Source: Acidimicrobiales bacterium
GTDB taxonomy: Bacteria; Actinomycetota; Acidimicrobiia; Acidimicrobiales; SZUA-35
Direction of reading: 5' to 3'
NCBI GenBank assembly: GCA_047638695.1
Contig: JBLINY010000003.1
Span: forward strand, 21,035 to 85,034
DNA: 64,000 nt
In this document: in pieces, positions 1 to 9,952 of the stretch
Layout: every line of letters starts with the position of its first letter
Numbering within the stretch: the first letter of the stretch is position 1
Program-made: the position numbers and the translations under genes
The notes under the pieces: generated by a model
Databases searched by the model: none
Seen by the model: the letters and a program-made list of their open reading frames with translations, nothing else
Told to the model about the DNA's origin: nothing

Positions 1-1
1 C

Positions 2-463
2 TTCGTACAGCGAAACCCTGATCGCTTGGCCGGCGCCGCTTTCCTCGGGGCCGTGTTAGGCGACTGGCAATGGGCCCGAGAGGTATTGGCCCTCCCGGAG
101 CTTCCGCCGAGCGATAGCGACCCCAACGGCATGAGCCGAGACCCCGAAGTGTGCAAGGACTACGCCGACGATCCGCTGGTGTACCACGGCACCTACAAGC
201 GGCCGCTGCTTGAGGCCGAGGTCATTTGCCTTGACCGGTTCAACGACGAGATCAACACCATCACCGTCCCCGTGCTCTTCATGCATGGCGACGCCGACCC
301 CTTCGTACCTCCGGCGGACACCCGCGACGCCGTCGAGCGCATGGCCAGCACCGACAAGACCTTCCACCTGTACGAGGAAGCCCGCCACGAACTGGTCAAC
401 GAGACCAACAAAGCCGAGGTGGTGAACGATCTCCGAGCGTTCATCGAACGCGTTGCTCGGTGA
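2..463 (+). CDS. alpha/beta hydrolase, monoacylglycerol lipase/lysophospholipase-like (5' end cut by window edge)
   Basis: Frame is open from base 2. C-terminal region LFMHGDADPFVP...HELVNE is typical of the acid/His part of the lipase-type alpha/beta fold. TGA stop at 461-463. Confidence 0.75.
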   Translation, partial: FVQRNPDRLAGAAFLGAVLGDWQWAREVLALPELPPSDSDPNGMSRDPEVCKDYADDPLVYHGTYKRPLLEAEVICLDRFNDEINTITVPVLFMHGDADPFVPPADTRDAVERMASTDKTFHLYEEARHELVNETNKAEVVNDLRAFIERVAR

Positions 464-882
464 ATTCTTGGCTTGCTGCCGTTGCGATGACCGCGGCGGT
501 CGCCCTCGGCGGATGCGGCGGTGCGACCCCGGAGAATGACGACCTCCTCACCGGTTCGTGGCAAGTTTCTGAGCTCGTGGTCGCTGACACTGCCATCGAC
601 CTTGCACAGTCGCCTGTGGTCATCGATCTGAGCACAGCCCAAAGATCGGTCCGTGCTGACACCAGTTGTCACTGGCTGTACGGATCATTCACCATCCTGC
701 GCGACGGTTCGGCGACGTTCACCATGCCGGGTCGGTCGACTCAGTCGTGCGAGGCAAGCGACCAACTGGTCGAGGATGCACTGCTCGGAGCGCTCGACTC
801 GGTTAGGTCGTGGCAGTTGGTGGAGGATCGTCTGGTGTTTGCGAGTCCGACTGTGCGTCTGGAGCTTTCCCCGACCGGGTAA
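460..882 (+). CDS. META-domain (HslJ-like) lipoprotein
   Basis: N-terminal lipobox AVALGGCGG. Small secreted domain with a repeated 'W.l..d.L.f' pattern. The GTG start overlaps the upstream TGA (GTGA). Confidence 0.55.
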   Translation: MNSWLAAVAMTAAVALGGCGGATPENDDLLTGSWQVSELVVADTAIDLAQSPVVIDLSTAQRSVRADTSCHWLYGSFTILRDGSATFTMPGRSTQSCEASDQLVEDALLGALDSVRSWQLVEDRLVFASPTVRLELSPTG

Positions 883-1969
883 ACATCTGCACCCGCTGGC
901 CTCCGTGGCCATAGGCGCCGGCTGGCTTCAGTCGCCCATCGATTGATCGGGCCAGTTTCGAGTCAGCGGCCACCACAGCCAGCTCCCAGTCCGAACGACG
1001 TTCACGCAGCATGGCGCCGAATCGTTTGTAGAGCGGTGCGAGATCACCACCCCCGATGCGCTTGCCGTACGGCGGATTGGTCACAATCAGACCGGTCCCG
1101 GCGTCACCGCCGAGATGCGAAACCACTTGCTCCTCTATTCGAACAATGTCGGCAACTCCGGCCCGCTCGGCGTTGGCCTTCGTCCGCTCGACGGCCGATC
1201 CATCGCGGTCGTACGCCTCGATCATAAACCCTGGGTCTTCGATCAGCCCCGGCCCGACCGACCCGGCCACGCTGGCCCAGGTTCCCGGTTCGAAGTGGGG
1301 CCAGTGGGCAAATGCGAAGTCGCGGTCGCCGCCCGGCGGCAGATTGCGGGCAATCAAGGCGGCCTCGATAGCGATGGTTCCCGAGCCGCAGAACGGGTCA
1401 CACACCGGAGTGGAGCCGTTCCATCCGGCTGTGAGAAGCAATGCCGAAGCCATGGTCGGCCGGAGAGGGGCAACGCCGATATCGGTGCGCCAGGCCCGCT
1501 GGTGGAGCGACGTGCCCGACGTGTCGACGCTGATCGTGAAGAGGTCGTTTTCGACCCGCACGACGAACGGCTGGGCTGGAGCCGTTGGATCGACCGAACG
1601 GTCGAGGAGCGCCACTTTCATCAGTCGCTCGTTTATGGCCTCGGTGTGCATCAGCTTCGACTTGTGCGCGGTCACCCGGAATTCGGGTCGGACTCCCTCG
1701 CCCAGCCACTCGCCCCAGTTGACCTCACGAGCCCTGGTCACCAGGAAGTTGAAATCGGTGGCCCGGAAGCGGGCGATACGGACGAGAACTCGCGAGGCAG
1801 TGCGCAACCAGAGGTTGGCCACGTACAGCTGGCGAGTGCTTGGTTTGAACTGCACAACCCCGGCCCCGACCGCTCGGGCCTTGATTCCGAGAGAGTTCAA
1901 TTCTGCTTCACACACCGGTTCGAGACCTGGAGTGCAAATGGCGACAGCTTCCAGGCGACCGTTGGACAC
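803..1969 (-). CDS. THUMP-domain class I SAM-dependent RNA (N6-adenine/guanine) methyltransferase
   Basis: 388 aa with a THUMP-like N-terminus, DPFCGSGT SAM motif and NPPYG catalytic motif. The low-complexity tail overlaps the convergent gene by 80 bp. Confidence 0.8.
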   Translation of the reverse strand: MSNGRLEAVAICTPGLEPVCEAELNSLGIKARAVGAGVVQFKPSTRQLYVANLWLRTASRVLVRIARFRATDFNFLVTRAREVNWGEWLGEGVRPEFRVTAHKSKLMHTEAINERLMKVALLDRSVDPTAPAQPFVVRVENDLFTISVDTSGTSLHQRAWRTDIGVAPLRPTMASALLLTAGWNGSTPVCDPFCGSGTIAIEAALIARNLPPGGDRDFAFAHWPHFEPGTWASVAGSVGPGLIEDPGFMIEAYDRDGSAVERTKANAERAGVADIVRIEEQVVSHLGGDAGTGLIVTNPPYGKRIGGGDLAPLYKRFGAMLRERRSDWELAVVAADSKLARSIDGRLKPAGAYGHGGQRVQMFTRSGKAPDAQSDSQTPDDPPPTATT

Positions 1970-1986
1970 AGCACTAGCTTGTCACG

Positions 1987-3168
1987 GTGACACACCGAAT
2001 CCGCCCTCAGCGTGCTCGCGGGGTCAAACTCGTCAGTCGGCGGCTGGTAGTCACGTTCGCTTTATACGTGCTGTTGGGCCTCCCCGAGGGCGTGCTGGGC
2101 ACGGCCTGGCCCCAGATTCAGACGACGTTCGGCCGCGAGATCAACGGACTCAGCTCGGTAATCGTGGCCTACACGTTGGCTTATCTCGTCTCGACGTTCG
2201 GTTCGGGGCGCTTGACCGAGCTGTTCGGCGTCGAACGTGGCACCCAGATCGGGGCCGGCCTTACGACGGCTGGACTCGTTGGCTACGTCCTTAGTCCAGC
2301 GTGGCCACTCTTCCTCCTCAGTGCCCTGGTGATCGGGGCCGGCGCGGGAACCGTCGACAGCGTCGTGAACGCCGACATCGCCGTTCGCTACGGCCAACGG
2401 GTGATGCACCTGCTCCACGCCTCCTTTGGCATAGGCGCCACGCTGGGGCCGCTGTTGGTCGCCTCACTGGTCTCCGCCGGTGTGAGCTGGCGGCTTGCCT
2501 ACGGAGCGTTGGCCGTCTCCGAAAGCCTGCTGCTTCTCAGCCTTTTCACCCTCGCCGACCAACGAGCGGCCGAGCTCGACACCGACTCGCTGCAGAGCCG
2601 GGCCGCCAGTGCAGCCCGACCCAACCTGGCGCTCGCGGCCACGCTCGTCTACTTCGGCATCTATGTCGGAGCCGAAGTCTCGGCTGGCCAATGGAGTTAC
2701 TCAATCCTCACCAACGACCGCGGGCTCAGTGGTTTCGTCGCTGGGTTTGCCGTCGCCGGCTATTGGTTCGGCCTCACGGTGGGCCGCTTGGCGTTGAGCG
2801 CGCTCGACCATCGGCTGGCGGAGATGACACTGCTTCGCTCTGCCTCGGTGGTCAGCGTGTTGGCCGCCATTTGGTTCTGGATCGACATCCCCGGCTCGAC
2901 GCTTGCCCTGCCAGTTCTGGGGTTCGCCTTCGCCGGCATCTTCCCGTCGCTGGTCTTGCTCACGCCTGGCTGGCTTGGCGCCCGACGAGTCGCCCGCGCG
3001 GTGGGCTACCAACTTGCTGCGTCCAGCGCTGGCGCCATCATCGTTTCGTTGGCGATTGGCCGGGTGGCCAAAAACAACGGGCTCGATGCCGTCCCCGCCA
3101 CCTTCGTGGTGCTGTGCATTCTAATGGCCGTCGCCCACGTCTTCACCGAATGGGCCACTCGTCCTTAG
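1987..3168 (+). CDS. MFS transporter
   Basis: 393 aa with about 12 hydrophobic segments and an MFS-like loop pattern. Confidence 0.8.
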   Translation: MTHRIRPQRARGVKLVSRRLVVTFALYVLLGLPEGVLGTAWPQIQTTFGREINGLSSVIVAYTLAYLVSTFGSGRLTELFGVERGTQIGAGLTTAGLVGYVLSPAWPLFLLSALVIGAGAGTVDSVVNADIAVRYGQRVMHLLHASFGIGATLGPLLVASLVSAGVSWRLAYGALAVSESLLLLSLFTLADQRAAELDTDSLQSRAASAARPNLALAATLVYFGIYVGAEVSAGQWSYSILTNDRGLSGFVAGFAVAGYWFGLTVGRLALSALDHRLAEMTLLRSASVVSVLAAIWFWIDIPGSTLALPVLGFAFAGIFPSLVLLTPGWLGARRVARAVGYQLAASSAGAIIVSLAIGRVAKNNGLDAVPATFVVLCILMAVAHVFTEWATRP

Positions 3169-3222
3169 CTGCGAAACGAACCGCTGACCGCAAGAGTTCA
3201 CCCCACTCGAGGGGCCCGATTG

Positions 3223-4149
3223 TTAGCTGGCGATCCGGAGGGCTCGCTCGAGCAAGTAGGGGTCGCCGAGACGGCGGCGAAGCTCGCGCTCGAGGCCGGC
3301 AATGGGGTGCAGGTTCTGGGGTGCTCGCGAGTCTTTGTGCGGTTCGCTGGCATAACGAGGCAAGAGAGCGCTGACCAGGTCGGCTCGTTCGGCGGCCTGC
3401 GATGCGGTGCCGATGCCGGGCAGCTCGAGTCGGACGATGCCACTGAGCGGATGAACAATGCGGCCAGGTAACCGGAGATACCACGACCAGCGGCCGAACC
3501 GACCGCCGATCAGGAACAGCGGCGTGCGTTGGCCGGCCGCGAGCTGGCCCACAACGGCGTGCTGAGTGGCAGGCAGATACTGCACATGCTGGGTCTTGAC
3601 GTAGCCAACGCCGGCGGCCGCGTCTCGGCCACGCAATGGTCCGTCGAATATCACTATCTCGGCCCCGTTGGTCTCGACCGACAGCGACTGCTCGAGGGAG
3701 ATCATGTGGTTGTGAATTGCAAGGTGAAGTGGCTTGTCGCTGTCGCCATCGATCTCATCAACCGTTGGCCGCAGTTCATAGGTGCCATGTTTGGTGACAA
3801 TTGGGCCGGCACCCGGTGCCGCCGTGTAGAGCGCTCGCTCGACGTGAGCCTCGGTAACCCTGGCCCCGCTGTCATCAGAGCGGACGACTCCGGCCGCCAC
3901 CGTCGCGCAAACACCCGGGAAGGCGACCGGCGAACCTTCAGGGCTCAGCCAGATGCGAGCGTCGATACGACGAACACCGTCGATGAACATCATCGCCGGT
4001 GGTGCCGATTCGGGATCGGGCGTAATCGGCTGCCAGGCGTCACCCGGCATCTCGACATCGATGTCGACGGGATCGCCGGCCGCATCGAGCGAGCTTTCGT
4101 CGGCCGATACGCCATAGGCGGGGTCCCAGGTCTCGACGGCGAATTTCAT
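3223..4149 (-). CDS. nurA: NurA-like nuclease (putative)
   Basis: 308 aa. Last gene of the herA-mre11-rad50 operon, 14 bp downstream of rad50. An acidic FIDGVRR motif near residue 55-60 sits where the NurA catalytic Asp is expected. The assignment rests mainly on synteny and size. Confidence 0.45.
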   Translation of the reverse strand: MKFAVETWDPAYGVSADESSLDAAGDPVDIDVEMPGDAWQPITPDPESAPPAMMFIDGVRRIDARIWLSPEGSPVAFPGVCATVAAGVVRSDDSGARVTEAHVERALYTAAPGAGPIVTKHGTYELRPTVDEIDGDSDKPLHLAIHNHMISLEQSLSVETNGAEIVIFDGPLRGRDAAAGVGYVKTQHVQYLPATQHAVVGQLAAGQRTPLFLIGGRFGRWSWYLRLPGRIVHPLSGIVRLELPGIGTASQAAERADLVSALLPRYASEPHKDSRAPQNLHPIAGLERELRRRLGDPYLLERALRIAS

Positions 4150-4162
4150 TGGGCCGCCGACG

Positions 4163-6553
4163 TCACTGGTTCACCCGCACGACGGTTGAGGTCGTTGGGC
4201 CCTTGCTCACGACGATCTGTACCGGCATGCGTTCGGCCAAGGCTTCGATATGGGTGACGATGCCGACCAGCCGGCCGCCGGATGAAAGTTCCTCGATGGC
4301 GCTGGCGACGACGTCGAGGGTTTCGCCATCGAGGGTGCCGAATCCCTCGTCGAGGAACATCGAGCCCAAGCGCGGCGCATCGACCGATGCAAGCTCGCTG
4401 ATCGAGTCGGCCAGAGCGAGGGCCAAGGCGAGGGAGGCAAGGAAGGTCTCGCCGCCTGAGAGCGTGCGAACATCACGCTGCTCGTCGGCGTTGCGATGAT
4501 CGAGAATTTTGAACACCCCGTCGTCGGAAGCCAGTGAGTATTGGCCGGCCGACAGTTCGCGAAGTCTCACTGTGGCCCGGGCCACCAAATCGTCCAGCGC
4601 CTCGCTGAGCAACCATCGCTCGAAGCCCTTCGCACCGAGATGTTGACCGAGTGCGTCGTTGACTTGCTTCGATTCGCGCAGGGCTGCGATCTCCGATCGC
4701 CAGTCTTCGAGTTCGTCGAGGCGAGCCACTGTCTGCTCGATGTCAGCGGCAACCCTGGCCTGTTCGCGAACCAACTGCTCGGGTAGTGACTCGGGGGTTG
4801 GGTCGAGACCGAGCGGCGTCGCTTCAATCGCCAGCTCCTCGAGCGACCGCGTCTTTTCGTTCTTCCCCTCGGTTCCCGCTTCGAAAACAGACGCCCGCGC
4901 CTGGCGGCGCTGTTCGCCGATGTCGTCGGCCCAGGTCTGCAGCGCCGACCAGTCGTCAGAGAGCGACTCTCCAGCAGGGGCAGGCGGCTCGAGAGTGGCC
5001 ACTCGATCGCGCTGGCTACCGAAGGCGAAACGCTGCTGACGCTCCCCTTCCTCGGCCTTGTTCACCCCAGCTTCGGCGGCCCGAACGACAGCCTCCAGCT
5101 TGCGAGCCGCCTCCGTGAGTTCAACCACACGATCGGCAGCGTCGATGGCCCGGCTAAGTGCTTCTTTCAGGTCGGCGGGTACGTCGGCCAGCGCGACCTC
5201 GGCCTGGGCATGAGTCTTTCGTTTCTCGTCCAATCGAACTTCGGTACGGGAAAGGGTTGTACCGGCCACGTTTGCCATCGATCGCAGCTGCTTGTTCGCC
5301 TGTTCAGCCTCGGCCCAGGTGGCCTCGGCCGCTGCGAGTTCAGCTGACGGGTCATGATCGGGCACAGCGCCGACCTCTTGGCGACACACGGGACAGGCCT
5401 CGCCGACAACAAGTGTCGAGATCCAGTCGGCGGCCCGGCTACCGAGACGGGCCGTATCACGCGCCGCGACCGCAACCTGAAGCGATTCGTCGGCGTCGGC
5501 AACAGCAGCCTCGGCCGAAGCCAAAGCGGCGCGGGCCACGGCCGACTCGGCAACCAGGGCCGTCATCTCGTAGCCCAATTCGGCGAGCTGCTTCGACGCG
5601 ACGATCTGGGCCTGAAGTCGGGCGACGTCACCCGCTGACTCAGCCGAGACTCGGGCCTCATCGAGCGCCGAGCGGGCGTCGTCTAGTCCGGTGCGCCCTT
5701 GTTCGAGGCCTTCTCGGAGCCGTTCCAACTCAGAGCTGTCGGTCGCTATATGGGCCGGCAGCTCGACGGATGCCAGCTTCTCGAGATCGGCATCGACCGT
5801 TGACAGCTCGGTACGTAGCTCGACCAGCCGTTGTTCGATCTGGTCGATCGACTTCAGTCGCGGGACGGCAAAGCGACCCAGCTCGGAAAGTGCGTCGGCC
5901 CGCTTCTGGTGATCGGCCAGCACCGTCGGGCTGATGTGGGCGTAGCGGGACAGCTGTCCTTCAAAAACAACGGCCTTCTGTTCGGCCTCGCTGGCCAGCC
6001 TGCGGGCCCGGGCACCCATCTGGCTGTAGATCTCGATATCGAGCAAACGTCGTAGGAGTTTCTGCCGGCTGGCCGGGTCGTCCTTCAGAAACTGAGCGAA
6101 CAAGCCCTGGGGAAGGACGACCGTACGAGTGAACTGGTTGAAATCGAGGCCGAGCAGTGCTTCGACCGCGTCGGTGAGTTCCTTGGCGCCGGATGCGAGC
6201 ACAGGTGACTCGTCGTCCGTGGCCTCAGCCAACTCGAGCCGGGCTTCCCTGGTCGTTGCCCCCGTCTTGGTGCGACGCACGATTCGCACCGCGATATACG
6301 TGCGACCGTTCAGCTCGAAGTCGAGCCGCACCCGGGCTTGGTTCGCGGCCTGGTTGATGACGGGAGCGACCAATCGCGCGTCGTCATAGCGCGAGACCGA
6401 GCCGTACAGTGCGAACGTGATGGCATCGATGATGCTCGACTTGCCCGAGCCGGTGGGACCGACGAAGGCCACGAGATCGGCATCGCCAAAGTCAATTTCG
6501 GTGGGTTCACTGAACGTCGAGAACCCCTCGAGCTCGACCCGCAGAGGTCTCAC
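4163..6553 (-). CDS. sbcC: SbcC/Rad50 SMC-type ATPase
   Basis: Walker A GPTGSGKSS, long coiled coil with a CPVC zinc hook, signature LSGGETF, Walker B FLDEGFG. Overlaps sbcD by 4 bp. Confidence 0.92.
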   Translation of the reverse strand: MRPLRVELEGFSTFSEPTEIDFGDADLVAFVGPTGSGKSSIIDAITFALYGSVSRYDDARLVAPVINQAANQARVRLDFELNGRTYIAVRIVRRTKTGATTREARLELAEATDDESPVLASGAKELTDAVEALLGLDFNQFTRTVVLPQGLFAQFLKDDPASRQKLLRRLLDIEIYSQMGARARRLASEAEQKAVVFEGQLSRYAHISPTVLADHQKRADALSELGRFAVPRLKSIDQIEQRLVELRTELSTVDADLEKLASVELPAHIATDSSELERLREGLEQGRTGLDDARSALDEARVSAESAGDVARLQAQIVASKQLAELGYEMTALVAESAVARAALASAEAAVADADESLQVAVAARDTARLGSRAADWISTLVVGEACPVCRQEVGAVPDHDPSAELAAAEATWAEAEQANKQLRSMANVAGTTLSRTEVRLDEKRKTHAQAEVALADVPADLKEALSRAIDAADRVVELTEAARKLEAVVRAAEAGVNKAEEGERQQRFAFGSQRDRVATLEPPAPAGESLSDDWSALQTWADDIGEQRRQARASVFEAGTEGKNEKTRSLEELAIEATPLGLDPTPESLPEQLVREQARVAADIEQTVARLDELEDWRSEIAALRESKQVNDALGQHLGAKGFERWLLSEALDDLVARATVRLRELSAGQYSLASDDGVFKILDHRNADEQRDVRTLSGGETFLASLALALALADSISELASVDAPRLGSMFLDEGFGTLDGETLDVVASAIEELSSGGRLVGIVTHIEALAERMPVQIVVSKGPTTSTVVRVNQ

Positions 6554-7710
6554 GTCTCGACCTCCTGGAGATGCGAAGCATCCTCGAGCAAGGTGGCAAA
6601 CCCCTGCGACAGGCGAGCATCGACAACTTCACTGTCGGCCAAGTAGTCGTTGAATAGCTCGACGGGTGACCGACCATCACGCCGCTTCGCCTGGCGGCCC
6701 ACGGTTGGACGGTCGAAGTCGACGGTGACGTCGACGACACCGTCGCCGAGCATTTCGCGCACGTCGTCGGCCAGACCGGGCCGAGACGGCTCGTTCACCC
6801 GCACCCGCAACCAGTCGTCGCCAACGGTGGCCGCTAGCGGACGCAGCTGCTCGAGACTGCCGGCAATCGTGCGCAATCCTCGGCCAGCGGTGAGCGGTAC
6901 CGCCCGTACTTTGGCTGGCAACCCGACCTCAACATCAACGATGTTCACCTGCTTGGTCTGTTGTTCTTCTCCGAAATCGAGCTGCAGGGGTGAGCCGCTG
7001 TAGTGCATCGCCGTTGCCCCTTTTACCGCCTGGGGTCGGTGCAGATGGCCCAAGGCGACATAGCTGGCCGTGGCCGGAAAGGCGATAGCGGGCAGCGAGT
7101 ACTCATCGACCAGGTGGGCGGCTCGTTCGCCGCCACCTACAGCTCCGCCTTGGACGAATGCGTGCGCCACCACGAGATTGATCGCATCTCCGCTGAAACC
7201 CGACGTAAGGGCGGCAACGACCTGTCGGAGCCGGTCGCTGTATGTCTGGGCCAGCTCGTAGGCGGCATCGTTCATCAGCTGCTCGGCTCGCACGATTCCT
7301 CGCTGTGAAACGAACGGCAAGAGGGCAATACGGACGGGCGTGCCGTCGGTTAGGGCGAATTCGATAACACCGCCATCAGCCGGGCCGACCGGCGTGGTGA
7401 GCATGGTGACCCGACCCAGCCGCAGCAGCGGGGCCACGGCTTCGAGCCGGCGCGGATTGTCGTGATTACCCGCGACCGCCACAACCGGGGCGATACCGGC
7501 CAAACCCAGGAACGCGTCGTACACGATTCCCTCAGCTTCAGGAGAGGGAGCTGCAGTCTCGAACAGGTCGCCGGCGACGATGATCAGGTCGACCGCCTCG
7601 GATTCGGCGATCGAGACGATCTCGGCCAACACCGCTCGGTGTTCATCGGCGCGGCTATGCCCTCGGATGGCCTTACCGACGTGCCAATCGGAAGTGTGCA
7701 GCAGCCTCAC
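6550..7710 (-). CDS. sbcD: SbcD/Mre11 nuclease
   Basis: Calcineurin-like phosphoesterase motifs DWHVG, GDLFE, GNHD and GHLH. Confidence 0.92.
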   Translation of the reverse strand: MRLLHTSDWHVGKAIRGHSRADEHRAVLAEIVSIAESEAVDLIIVAGDLFETAAPSPEAEGIVYDAFLGLAGIAPVVAVAGNHDNPRRLEAVAPLLRLGRVTMLTTPVGPADGGVIEFALTDGTPVRIALLPFVSQRGIVRAEQLMNDAAYELAQTYSDRLRQVVAALTSGFSGDAINLVVAHAFVQGGAVGGGERAAHLVDEYSLPAIAFPATASYVALGHLHRPQAVKGATAMHYSGSPLQLDFGEEQQTKQVNIVDVEVGLPAKVRAVPLTAGRGLRTIAGSLEQLRPLAATVGDDWLRVRVNEPSRPGLADDVREMLGDGVVDVTVDFDRPTVGRQAKRRDGRSPVELFNDYLADSEVVDARLSQGFATLLEDASHLQEVET

Positions 7711-7769
7711 AACACCCAGACCCTATGCGAGCGCTGTGACAGTCCGACCGATTGTGGCGAGCCCGCCGA

Positions 7770-8186
7770 TTAGTCGAAGGTGACTTTGAGTTGGGGCTGT
7801 CCAATACGGTCGAGGACCGAGTTCAGCACCCGGGCGTCGTCGTCGAATCCGAGGACGTCGGAAATGTCGCCGTCAGCATCGTCCATGAGCAAGAAGTACT
7901 CGACCGCGCCGCGGACAAGCGTCCGCTCGTCGTCACCGAAAACAACTTCAAGGCTCAGCAACGAATGCAGGGCAGTGGCAATCTCCTCGGCCGTCTCGAG
8001 GTCGGTGCGATGATCGGCCATCTGCTTCACCTGATCGAGATGCATGGCGACGACATCGTCGAGTTCGAGCAGCTCCTCTGACGACGTCGCCAGGCACAGC
8101 CGACGGAACCGTGATTGCTCGTCGGGCTGCAGCAAGGCATCGAGATCGATCGCGGGAACGTCGAGCGGCTCTGGTTGGTCGGACAC
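7770..8186 (-). CDS. small acidic hypothetical protein embedded in the herA-mre11 operon
   Basis: 138 aa, strongly Asp/Glu/Leu rich, no TM segment or signal peptide. Lies 18 bp after the herA stop and 59 bp before the sbcD start. I recognised no family. Confidence 0.55.
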   Translation of the reverse strand: MSDQPEPLDVPAIDLDALLQPDEQSRFRRLCLATSSEELLELDDVVAMHLDQVKQMADHRTDLETAEEIATALHSLLSLEVVFGDDERTLVRGAVEYFLLMDDADGDISDVLGFDDDARVLNSVLDRIGQPQLKVTFD

Positions 8187-8204
8187 GGCGCCAGTATCGC
8201 TTGA

Positions 8205-9911
8205 TCAGGCCAGTCCGGCAAAGGGGTCATCGGCGACACCTGCGGCCGCTGATGGGCTGGCCGCTTCGGCCGAACGAGTCGCCCATGAGGGAAAGGGAAA
8301 CTCGACCAGGAGCGGGACCGGCAGCAGCGGTTGGGCCACATACATCGAACCGGGTTTCAGGATGGTCGAGCGCGCCCGCTGCACCGGCGGCAGAAAGCCG
8401 TATTCGTCGCGACGAGACTCGGCCGGGTCGAGGCGGCCGACAATTCGAATGGCCGAGTTGGAAACGATCCGTCGCTCGACCTCGCTGGCCGTCTGCTGAG
8501 CACCAATGAGAATGATGCCCAACGACCGCCCTCGCTCGGCGACATCCAGCAGGATCTCCTTGATCGGACTGGATGAATCTCGGGGCGCATACTTATTCAG
8601 TTCATCGAGCACGACCAGCTGAAGCGGCTTGGCAATGCCGCTGGCTTCCTTCGCATCGAAGGCTTGCCGCAACACGACCCCGACCACGAAGCGCTTGGCT
8701 CGGTCGTGGAGCGAGTGAATGTCGATGACGGTGACCTGATGGCCATCGAGATCGACGGCGTGCTGATCGGCGTTGCCGATGTCAGCCCTGATCAGTTGCT
8801 CGACGTGTCGTCGGGCCGAGGCCAACCGCCGAACAAAGGCGTTGATGGTGCCGCCGCCAACGGCGCGGCCCGTCCACCGCTGGTCGGCGGGTTCATCGGC
8901 GTCTTCGGGAATGAGCTTGTCCTCGATGGCGTCGAGCAAATCGCTGAAGGTCCGTATGGTGCGCCCTTCGAAACTCACCGCGCCATCGCCGGCGGCCGGG
9001 AGCTGGGCCAGCTGTGCGGTGACCGACTGGACGACGATGGTGTATTGCTGCCGCTCGTCTTCGGAGTCGGCGAACAAGAACGGCAGCAGCTGTTGATGGC
9101 AGAACTGCTGGATGGTCCAAAAGAAGGGACTTACGCCGAGTGACCGCGAGCCGGTGGCCGGCGTGGCGTTGGCGTCGCCTTTCCGAGGCGGTGCCAGGAT
9201 GCCGACGTCTCGGAAGGGCGCCGGTTCCAGGCCCAGTGGCTTGTACCGGTCGGCGGCCTGCTGGTCGAGCTGGCTGTTGGCGTGATCGAGAAAGAGTAGA
9301 TCTTCGCCTTTTACGTTGAAGATAAGGGCCTTGGTGTTTGCCGCCTCGGCGCCCAGTACGCCGGAGTTGAACATGGAATACAGCAGAAACGTGGCGTAGC
9401 TGGTCTTGGTGGCCACACCGGAGATTCCAGAGATGTTGATGTGGGCACCCTTGGTGCCATCGATGAAGTCGAGGTCGAGAAACACCGGCTCATCGTTGCG
9501 AGAGAGTCCGGCCGGTAGTCGTCGTTCGACCCCGTCGAACGACAGCGCAACGTCACGTTCAAGATCTGTTGCCAACCGGACGGCCGCACCCGGCAGCGGC
9601 GGAAGCAGGATCTCGGGCTCGAATCGGGTGGGCTGCACCAGAGCCGCCTCACTGACCTCGGCCGGCAGGATGCCGTCGGCGATCAAGAACACATCGCTCT
9701 GGAAGCGCGCCCCCTCATGCCGGGCCCGGACTTGGCTGACCAGGCCGAACATTTGGACGAGCTGTCCATCGGGCAGGATCCGGTCGACGGCGACGACATC
9801 GTCTAGTTGCAACGTGTGCGCTGGGTCGACGGCCACCCAGAACTCCAGCGGTGTCGCATCTTCGATCCCGATGACCCGCCCAACCGTTGGCTTCGCCCCA
9901 GTCAGCTCCAT
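8205..9911 (-). CDS. herA: HerA-like (DUF87/FtsK-HerA superfamily) ATPase/helicase
   Basis: 568 aa with an N-terminal HAS-barrel-like segment (GRVIGIED..FWVAV..VVAV), P-loop GISGVATKTS and Walker B LVVLDELNKY. First gene of the operon. Confidence 0.75.
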   Translation of the reverse strand: MELTGAKPTVGRVIGIEDATPLEFWVAVDPAHTLQLDDVVAVDRILPDGQLVQMFGLVSQVRARHEGARFQSDVFLIADGILPAEVSEAALVQPTRFEPEILLPPLPGAAVRLATDLERDVALSFDGVERRLPAGLSRNDEPVFLDLDFIDGTKGAHINISGISGVATKTSYATFLLYSMFNSGVLGAEAANTKALIFNVKGEDLLFLDHANSQLDQQAADRYKPLGLEPAPFRDVGILAPPRKGDANATPATGSRSLGVSPFFWTIQQFCHQQLLPFLFADSEDERQQYTIVVQSVTAQLAQLPAAGDGAVSFEGRTIRTFSDLLDAIEDKLIPEDADEPADQRWTGRAVGGGTINAFVRRLASARRHVEQLIRADIGNADQHAVDLDGHQVTVIDIHSLHDRAKRFVVGVVLRQAFDAKEASGIAKPLQLVVLDELNKYAPRDSSSPIKEILLDVAERGRSLGIILIGAQQTASEVERRIVSNSAIRIVGRLDPAESRRDEYGFLPPVQRARSTILKPGSMYVAQPLLPVPLLVEFPFPSWATRSAEAASPSAAAGVADDPFAGLA

Positions 9912-9952
9912 TCCAGGACGCTACTGCCCCCCAATGACAGTCCCGCCGAGAC

